DNA from: Verrucomicrobiota bacterium
GTDB taxonomy: Bacteria > Verrucomicrobiota > Verrucomicrobiia > Verrucomicrobiales > DEV007
Direction: 5' to 3'
Length of the DNA stretch: 64,000 bases
NCBI GenBank assembly: GCA_045046875.1
Contig: JASFYY010000010.1
Location: 1-64,000, forward strand
Position 1 is the stretch's first letter. Every line of letters starts with the position of its first letter. Under the pieces are notes generated by a model. It saw nothing but the letters and a program-made list of their open reading frames with translations, was not told the DNA's origin and did no database searches. Shown here piece after piece: positions 57,647 to 64,000 of this stretch. A program made the position numbers and the translations under genes.

Positions 57647-58183
57647 CTATTCAGGTTTAAATTTTCTCTTCCCCATTCCACCTCGCCTGCTGCAGTTACC
57701 CATTTGCACCGCCGCATATTTCTTACATGCCTCCTTGCTCTTCCCCCCAGGCACATGAGTCCCTACCGCCCCCCACTTTTCCATGAATTCCACAATCACT
57801 CGTTTCTCCCGCGCCCCCGTTGCCGACTTCGTCTCATTCAGAATCACCGCCATTTGAGTTAGACTTGTCCCCTGCATGATATCCGGGCAAGTCCTCCTAC
57901 AAAGCGCCGCAAAGTTCTTAAACGCCCCCCACGGATTCCTCGCGCCCTGCCAGACAAAACGAACCACCGCACGCAACGCCTCAACCCGCGCAGCAATCAG
58001 CAGCTCCTTCAGTTCATCCTCCATATCACGCGCCGCCTGCTCTTCCCCGTGGATCACCATGCTCAAAGGCGTGCGCCCCTCCACCACCTCAGCCACCCCG
58101 TCACGCCAAATGGCTCCCATCGTCGATTCCGACCGCCGCTCCCAATCGGAGAAATTATGCTTACCAGTTTTAATTTTGCCCAT
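57647..58183 (-). CDS. Phage protein with sigma-region-4-like HTH
   Basis: QGTSLTQMAVILNETKSATGAREKR resembles a region-4 HTH; inference. Confidence 0.5.
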   Translation of the reverse strand: MGKIKTGKHNFSDWERRSESTMGAIWRDGVAEVVEGRTPLSMVIHGEEQAARDMEDELKELLIAARVEALRAVVRFVWQGARNPWGAFKNFAALCRRTCPDIMQGTSLTQMAVILNETKSATGAREKRVIVEFMEKWGAVGTHVPGGKSKEACKKYAAVQMGNCSRRGGMGKRKFKPE

Positions 58184-58189
58184 AACTAA

Positions 58190-59065
58190 TCATTTAACTT
58201 TAGGAAATTCACGAACACGTAGAACCTGTGGCCATTCCTCCGGATCCCCTCCTTTGCTATGCCTCGTTGAAAACTCTCGCCCCCTAATCAAAGCATTCCC
58301 ACCCACCTGCTTCATGAAAAATGCAACACTCTTAACTGCGCATTCCTCTATCAAGTTCTCAGCCCATTCCCCCTCAAAAGAGCGTGCTCCGCCGCCGCTT
58401 TCCCCACCTACAATCAACCAATCGGGACGAACTCCCCCCATGTGGATCGGTCCTAGTAATGGCTCAGCACTAACAAAATGCACTTTGGCTGGAATATCCA
58501 TTAAACACGGAACTCTCTCATCCCATCGGATCTGATCCTCTGCACTAGTTCCTAACCAAATATTATCAGGAGCACCGTCAATAATCCACCTAGAAATAAA
58601 TGAGGCTGTCTCTGCAGGAAAGCCTGACTGCAGACTAGCTGCCGAACTAAAAGTAAAAACCCTTTGGATTCGATCGTGAAAACACTCTGGACGCTTAGTC
58701 AATAACAGCCAATCCAAATGCGGAGTAACACGAATTAAATCCAACAAATCTCGCAACCACTCAATCTCAACCTCATCATCCAACCAATCAGCTAGTGACG
58801 CGCAGAACACGCGAGGCCTCTTACTGAAACCATTTTCGTAGTGAAAACGCTCAGCATCTTGATTCCATTTTAACGGCTTATTCCAATTCGCCACACTAGT
58901 CCGCCGCCTCGGAGCACCTTCACCCCAATTAATCGCCTCGCCCTTGTTCCACCGCTTGTTCCGACTCTCGGCGTAGCAACGCGCACATCCTGCCGAAACC
59001 TTTGTACACCCCTCCCACGGATTAAACGTATAATCACACCACTGGATTTTTGTTTTATCGTTCAT
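58190..59065 (-). CDS. Gp37/Gp68 (DUF5131) family protein
   Basis: TKIQWCDYTFNPWEGCTKVSAGCARCYAE, RVFCASLAD, LLTKRP, VSAEPLLG, WLIVGGESG, FFMKQ. Confidence 0.92.
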   Translation of the reverse strand: MNDKTKIQWCDYTFNPWEGCTKVSAGCARCYAESRNKRWNKGEAINWGEGAPRRRTSVANWNKPLKWNQDAERFHYENGFSKRPRVFCASLADWLDDEVEIEWLRDLLDLIRVTPHLDWLLLTKRPECFHDRIQRVFTFSSAASLQSGFPAETASFISRWIIDGAPDNIWLGTSAEDQIRWDERVPCLMDIPAKVHFVSAEPLLGPIHMGGVRPDWLIVGGESGGGARSFEGEWAENLIEECAVKSVAFFMKQVGGNALIRGREFSTRHSKGGDPEEWPQVLRVREFPKVK

Positions 59066-59397
59066 AGCCTCTTAAATTCAATCCTTGTCACAATCGTCCC
59101 CGGATCACACTTCATGTGCCTGCAGAACATTTTTATGAACTCCTCCCGGCTCATATCTGGAAACCCTTCTTCCTCCACCTCTTTCTGCGCGATGAAATAC
59201 AACCGCTCCCTGGTTACAGCCAATACTTCGAACTCCCCCAATCTCTCTACCTTCTCGCCCCGCTTCAGCCCCATGCCTTTTTTCACAGCACAAAGAATGT
59301 CTCCCCGCTCTAAGTTTCTCCACCCTAGCCGCCTGGTAACAGTCTTGGATCCATCCATGAATTGCTCCGTTGTGAGCATAAATGACATATTTCTCAT
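59062..59397 (-). CDS. ASCH-domain protein
   Basis: MRNMSF..T.EQF.DGSKTVTRR.GW...EGF..MS..EF..MF; start reassigned to 59397. Confidence 0.8.
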   Translation of the reverse strand: MRNMSFMLTTEQFMDGSKTVTRRLGWRNLERGDILCAVKKGMGLKRGEKVERLGEFEVLAVTRERLYFIAQKEVEEEGFPDMSREEFIKMFCRHMKCDPGTIVTRIEFKRL

Positions 59398-59612
59398 TTT
59401 CGTAATGCTGATTTTATTGCTATTCTCGACCTCTTGACCGCCGCCGCATGGCGACCCAACAAACTCGCCGCAGCCCCTAAATTCGCCGCATACCCCACCG
59501 ATACCAAAGCTGCCCGCTTGCCAAACAAGCTCAACATCCGCCACCCAGGAGGCACAGCTTTGCCCTCCAGCGGACTCCCTTCCGTCCAGAATTTCTCTCC
59601 ACCACCACTCAT
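59394..59612 (-). CDS. Phage hypothetical protein (first gene inside attR)
   Basis: Its stop overlaps the ASCH start (ATGA). Confidence 0.45.
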   Translation of the reverse strand: MSGGGEKFWTEGSPLEGKAVPPGWRMLSLFGKRAALVSVGYAANLGAAASLLGRHAAAVKRSRIAIKSALRK

Positions 59613-59748
59613 ACCGCCCCCCCTTCCACTCGATTCACCCCACAAGAAATCAGCACATTTGCATTAAAGGTGCTTCTAAAAAGTGCTTCCGCTATTTTGG
59701 GAGAGCTTGAAACAAGCTCTACAGACCATATAAAATAAGGGGAAATAA

Positions 59749-59792
59749 GTGGAGCATACCGGAATCGAACCGATGACCTCCTCAATGCCATT
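59749..59792 (-). repeat. attR core (3' half of the intact tRNA-Ala)
   Basis: Identical to 18230-18273. Confidence 0.96.
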
Positions 59793-59822
59793 GAGGCGCT
59801 CTACCAACTGAGCTAATGCCCC
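59750..59822 (-). tRNA. tRNA-Ala (GGC)
   Basis: GGGGCATTAGCTCAGTTGGTAGAGCGCCTCAATGGCATTGAGGAGGTCATCGGTTCGATTCCGGTATGCTCCA; cloverleaf, anticodon GGC, G3:U70. Confidence 0.97.
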
Positions 59823-59893
59823 ATATTTGCCAACGGTTTCATTTTTCTGCTTCTGCGAAGTGGAAACAAACCGTTATCAGTGGGAACGCGCGC

Positions 59894-59922
59894 ATCTTAT
59901 TCCTGAAACACCCTTTCATCAA
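59894..59922 (-). promoter_or_regulatory. tRNA promoter
   Basis: TTGATG-17 nt-TAAGAT followed by a GC-rich discriminator GCGCGCG. Confidence 0.7.
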
Positions 59923-60034
59923 CCCCTTTTTACCCTTCTCTTCATCATCCTTATAGATCCTTACTCAGAAAGCTTGCCGTGAGTTCATTTTTTTGTAAAC
60001 TGCCTTCATCCCCCCAAATCTGCCTTTAATTTTC

Positions 60035-61546
60035 ATGAAAAGCTTTTTCCCACTCCATTCGTTCTCCAAATACCAGCTGCAGTTCTTTTCATTACTCAGC
60101 GCTTGCCTGATAACCCTTCTTCCGGCTCACGGCCAACAAGCCGCTTTACGCACTTTCAGTAACATCCAAGGGGTCAAATTCCAAGGGCGCTTGGTAGCGG
60201 TCTCAGCGGACAAAGCCACCCTGCAACTCGCCAATGGCAGGAACTACACCACCTCCATTGCCAGTTTCTCGCCTGCTGATCAGGCTTACATCAAGGCCTG
60301 GAACTCCAATAGTTCCAGCGGCTCGATGACGTCCCTGCCCGCTCCAGTGAAATCAGGCGTGAAAATTGATAAAATCAATGCCTTGCTCGGCCTGCCTCTG
60401 TTCATCGATGGTGACCTTTGGAACAACCCCAGTGGACAAACTGCCAAACGTCTGCGCTGGCCTAGGGAATCAAACACCCCGTTCTCTAGCAGTTACCGTG
60501 GTTACCCCGAAAAAAATTACCGCATCGCCCAAACCCGCCCCTATTCAGTGGTGCTCTATGGCGACAATGGCAAGGTCTCCAGCCTCTCGGTCGTATTTGC
60601 CAACAAAGGCGATTTTTTCAGTGCTGCCGGCAGCGGCGAAAACCATTTCATTAAAGGCAAAGCCGTGCCCGACAGCGCCGCCGGGCTGAGAAAACTGATG
60701 GACTATGACACCAAAATCATTTCCGAAGCACTGACCAAAGCGTTGGGGCCACCCAAGCGCCAGCAATTCGGAGACGGATCGACCCGGCAGATTGTCTATC
60801 GCTGGGATTGGAGCGGTCACGCTTTTTTACTTTCCAAAGTCGACGGCGAATACGTCAGCCTCTCCATCCAACCCGTTGCGTTTGCCGACAAACGCGGCCG
60901 CATGAAACGCATCCCCGACTCCGTGATCAGCAAACGCCTTCAGGACAATATTGAAAAACGCGACAACGGTGACGTGGTGATCAATAACATCCCCATGGTC
61001 AATCAAGGCCCCAAAGGTTACTGCGTGCCCGCCACCGCCGAACGCTGCATGCGATACCTCGGCATACCCGCCGACATGTACCTGCTCGCGATGGCAGGAA
61101 AAACCGAAGCCGGAGGCGGTACCTCGGCCACGGTTTTGCTCGAAGCTGTCGGTCGCGATATCAAACGCAAGGGCCGCACCTTCAATATCTGGGATAGCAA
61201 ACTCAAACTCCGTGAAATCGCTCGATACATCGACCATGGCATCCCGGTGATGTGGGGGCTTTTCAGCACCAAGGAATTTAACAGAACCGCAGATTCCCGC
61301 ACCATGGAACGAAAAAACTCGGCAGGCTGGAACCAGTACAAAGCAAAAATCAAAAGAGTTTCCAATGCCAACAAACTAACAGTCGATCCCAGCACCTCCC
61401 ATGTCGTCATCATCACTGGTTACAACAAAAGCACTGGCGAGATCGCCTTCAGTGACAGCTGGGGCGAACGTTACAAAGAACGCTGGATCACCATCTCCGA
61501 AGCCCAGCAAGTTTCCCAAGACCGTTTCTACGTGGTTGAGCTATAA
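60035..61546 (+). CDS. Secreted protein: SHD1-like N-domain + C39-like cysteine peptidase
   Basis: RTFSN.QG..F.G....FSPADQAYI; QGPKGYCVPA, HVVIITGY, FSDSWG. Confidence 0.75.
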   Translation: MKSFFPLHSFSKYQLQFFSLLSACLITLLPAHGQQAALRTFSNIQGVKFQGRLVAVSADKATLQLANGRNYTTSIASFSPADQAYIKAWNSNSSSGSMTSLPAPVKSGVKIDKINALLGLPLFIDGDLWNNPSGQTAKRLRWPRESNTPFSSSYRGYPEKNYRIAQTRPYSVVLYGDNGKVSSLSVVFANKGDFFSAAGSGENHFIKGKAVPDSAAGLRKLMDYDTKIISEALTKALGPPKRQQFGDGSTRQIVYRWDWSGHAFLLSKVDGEYVSLSIQPVAFADKRGRMKRIPDSVISKRLQDNIEKRDNGDVVINNIPMVNQGPKGYCVPATAERCMRYLGIPADMYLLAMAGKTEAGGGTSATVLLEAVGRDIKRKGRTFNIWDSKLKLREIARYIDHGIPVMWGLFSTKEFNRTADSRTMERKNSAGWNQYKAKIKRVSNANKLTVDPSTSHVVIITGYNKSTGEIAFSDSWGERYKERWITISEAQQVSQDRFYVVEL

Positions 61547-61567
61547 AAGCGTCGCTATTCAAAAAAA

Positions 61568-62599
61568 CTACTCACCCTTTGCCCACGCGGCAATAATCCC
61601 GGTGAGGCCCTTGCCGGCCGCTTCCAAGCGATCAAGGTCGATCTGCTGCATTTGGTCTCCCGCTTGATGATATTCACGATAACGGAAAGGGCCGGTATCC
61701 GTGATCATCAAAGCAGGATAACCCACTTGCCAAAACGACCAATGATCAGAGCGGTCCGCATGAAGAGCTCCCGGCTTGGCTATATTCATCTCAATGGTCA
61801 AATCGCTGCCTGCTTGAAAACCGGCCTTCGCCTGGCGGACCAATTGCCCGGACTTCTCATTGCCCACCAAAACCAGGAAATTGCCCACCGTCGGAGCTCC
61901 TTGAGGAGCTCCTTTGGGATGTTTCTGGCTGTTGGCCGCATCAGAAAAAAAAGCCAGCGAATCCAAACTGAGCATGGCCACCACATTCACCCCTTTGTTT
62001 TTCAAGGCTTTGGCATACACCAGACTCCCCATCTGCTCCGTCCTCGCCCAAGGAGCTTCCTCATTAACAAAAGCCACGAACTTCAAAGTACGCTCGTTTT
62101 CCGTACCGATAAAAGCATTAGCCAGACTCAACAAAGCCGCGACACCCGAAGCATTGTCATCCGCCCCCGGACTGCCCGCCACCGTATCGTAATGTGCTCC
62201 TATCACAATCACCTCGTCATGCTTCTTTCCACCCGGCACCGTTACTTCTAAATTCCACACCTCCTGCCCCTCCACCAGGTATTTCTGACGCTGCACCTGG
62301 TAACCCATGTTACTTTCCCCCAGCGAAGACTCGATGAAATACGCCGCCGCTCTTAAACTCTCGATTTTGCCGACATGGCGCTCCCCTATATCCTCGGCCA
62401 GAACCTTCACATAATGTTCCAAATCAACCCGGTTGACCGGCTTCCTCATCATGCGGGTGAACTGCTGCTCGTGCACATCCGGACGCGCCGCCTGCTGCGG
62501 TCGAAACCATTCGGTATACAAAAAAGAGGCCGCCGTGATCAGCACCAGTCCTGCCGGCAAACCGACTAAACAAAAACGAATAACTTTACCCGGATCCAT
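61568..62599 (-). CDS. M28 family peptidase
   Basis: IGAHYD, PGADDNASG, NEE, RSDHWSFW, YH. Confidence 0.92.
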   Translation of the reverse strand: MDPGKVIRFCLVGLPAGLVLITAASFLYTEWFRPQQAARPDVHEQQFTRMMRKPVNRVDLEHYVKVLAEDIGERHVGKIESLRAAAYFIESSLGESNMGYQVQRQKYLVEGQEVWNLEVTVPGGKKHDEVIVIGAHYDTVAGSPGADDNASGVAALLSLANAFIGTENERTLKFVAFVNEEAPWARTEQMGSLVYAKALKNKGVNVVAMLSLDSLAFFSDAANSQKHPKGAPQGAPTVGNFLVLVGNEKSGQLVRQAKAGFQAGSDLTIEMNIAKPGALHADRSDHWSFWQVGYPALMITDTGPFRYREYHQAGDQMQQIDLDRLEAAGKGLTGIIAAWAKGE

Positions 62600-62620
62600 A
62601 TTTATTAAAAACTTCAGTAT

Positions 62621-63079
62621 TTACCGCACCTTACGGCGATAGCGTTTCAAGCTATCATCCATCACACTTTGAGAACTTTCCAGCAAATCACACAAACCAT
62701 CGGTAAAAATCACCTCGGCCCCCAGAGCATACACCATATTCTGCTCCGCCAGATCATCCGTCGCCACCGTGATCCGGTGACGCTGCGCGTATTTGGCACT
62801 CAAGCGCTCAATGATATCATCCGCCGTGTGAGACGAATCGCTATAAAAAACCTGAACTTCGTGTTCGGCACGGTGTTGCGGTGACTCCATGCGCTCCCCG
62901 CGACCGTCAAAAACCAGCACCACTCTTACCCCGGAGACATCCTGATAACGCCCCAGAAGAAGTTTGAGCCGTTCATGCGCCAGCCCGATGCCACTGCGAT
63001 GCAGCTCTTTCAATTCTGGCCAGGCGTGAATGACATTATTGCCATCAACCAAAAGATATGTGCGATCGCTTGCCATCAC
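62621..63079 (-). CDS. NYN-domain (YacP-like) ribonuclease
   Basis: LLVDGNN, LVFDG, TADDIIE, VATDD. Confidence 0.88.
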   Translation of the reverse strand: MMASDRTYLLVDGNNVIHAWPELKELHRSGIGLAHERLKLLLGRYQDVSGVRVVLVFDGRGERMESPQHRAEHEVQVFYSDSSHTADDIIERLSAKYAQRHRITVATDDLAEQNMVYALGAEVIFTDGLCDLLESSQSVMDDSLKRYRRKVR

Positions 63080-63148
63080 CCCAATAATGGATGAACCAAC
63101 AAGCTCCGCTCCGCCGCTGAATCCATCAAGCAGCAGCGGAAAAGAAAA

Positions 63149-63487
63149 TCAGCTATCTGATTTTTCTTCGCTGGCTTTTTTGGCCACTGCTTTTTTAGCA
63201 GGTGCCTTTTTTGCTGCCGCCTTTTTTGCGGGTGCTTTTTTTGCGGGTGCTTTTTTGGCCGGGGCCGGAGCCTTCTTAGCTGCCGCCTTTTTTGCGGGTG
63301 CTTTTTTGGCCGGAGCCTTTTTAGCCGCTACTTTTTTAGCCGCAGCTTTCTTTTTAGGCGCTGCACTGGTAGATTTTTTTCCAGTGGTTTTGGCCAAACG
63401 CATCGCTGTCACCTCACGCTCTTTTTTGCGTTTAAGGTAGGTTTTGCGTCTTTTACGTTTGATCTCTTTATTATACTGCTTGCTCAT
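63149..63487 (-). CDS. Histone H1-like nucleoid protein
   Basis: Repeated AKKAP/AAKK pentapeptides. Confidence 0.8.
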   Translation of the reverse strand: MSKQYNKEIKRKRRKTYLKRKKEREVTAMRLAKTTGKKSTSAAPKKKAAAKKVAAKKAPAKKAPAKKAAAKKAPAPAKKAPAKKAPAKKAAAKKAPAKKAVAKKASEEKSDS

Positions 63488-63834
63488 GGCTAAAAAATAT
63501 TGGCGCCCCTGTTTCGGAAGCCTTGCCTATTTAGCCGCACAATCCTAATCGTGCAAGCAGAAAACCTCGCACTCTCCATAGCATCCCTGTGGTCTTTCTT
63601 CTGCAGATCGACACTATTTTCAATAAAATCGCAACTTACATCGATTTGCGGCGTTTTATTCCTACGTCAGCCACTTATCTCCCACAAAACTTTCTTTAGA
63701 TTGAATTGAATAAAATTTCCACCCCAGCCGTCTACCCTGTTGTGTTTTGTAAGTCTGTCACAGTCAAACGATTCACGACAATACCCTAATATAACAAGAT
63801 ACATTCCATTCCAAGCCCTCAAACCTCTCTCTCT

Positions 63835-64000
63835 ATGAAATCAGTCCTCAAAACCATACTCGCCCTGACAACCGCCTCTGGACTCGCCACAGGTCTGGTC
63901 GTCGCCAAAAAACACCCTGAAATATTCGGCTTACAGAGAGCTGCCGTTGCTGTTTCACCGATTATCATCCACAAAGACCTTACCGTCAGTTTCCTGGAAC
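63835..64000 (+). CDS. Exported protein, 5' fragment
   Basis: MKSVLKTILALTTASGLATGLVVA... open to the window end. Confidence 0.55.
   Translation, partial: MKSVLKTILALTTASGLATGLVVAKKHPEIFGLQRAAVAVSPIIIHKDLTVSFLE

Larger units (their letters stand above)
18230..59792. mobile_element. Integrated temperate phage (lambdoid siphovirus-like), ~41.5 kb, inserted in tRNA-Ala(GGC)
   Basis: 44-bp direct repeats at both ends; integrase, repressor, lysis, tape measure, capsid, S49 protease, lambda-type portal, GpA terminase and primase; no obvious broken core genes. Confidence 0.96.

Noticed and set aside
59609..59791. 60-aa ORF overlapping the tRNA/att
   Set aside because: It translates tRNA sequence; not a credible gene.
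63149..63360. Tandem 15-bp-like DNA repeats
   Set aside because: Explained by the AKKAP peptide repeats of the histone-like protein.

Overview
Bacterial chromosome segment; a Verrucomicrobiota/PVC-like host is inferred from the sulfatases, pseudopilin style and histone H1-like protein. The left flank (1-18.2 kb) holds nagA (partial), two sulfatases, a membrane glycerophosphodiester phosphodiesterase, pyruvate kinase and a type II secretion-like cluster (E-F-G-H-I-J-K-L-M-?C) with no secretin. From 18230 to 59792 lies an apparently complete ~41.5 kb lambdoid, siphovirus-like prophage integrated in tRNA-Ala(GGC) and bounded by a perfect 44-bp direct repeat. It carries integrase, a CI/Cro-like switch, a BRO protein, a lysis cassette, tail, head, GpA terminase, a ParB-methylase, primase/helicase-like and ParB genes. 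Most unusual signals: (i) seven late-gene starts preceded by TTGAC[AG] exactly 13-14 nt upstream of the start codon, with a candidate phage sigma-region-4-like HTH factor; (ii) a glycosyltransferase-like plus sulfotransferase pair coupled to the tail operon; (iii) a holin-like protein with an internal lipobox; (iv) several small cassettes (LexA-type DNA-binding domain, KGG-like peptide, AbiC-like membrane protein) that end at the TTGAC sites; (v) candidate cos, origin iterons and integrase arm sites. The right flank holds tRNA-Ala, a C39-like peptidase, an M28 peptidase, a NYN-domain protein and a histone H1-like protein. All family calls are from motif recognition by eye; no database searches were run.
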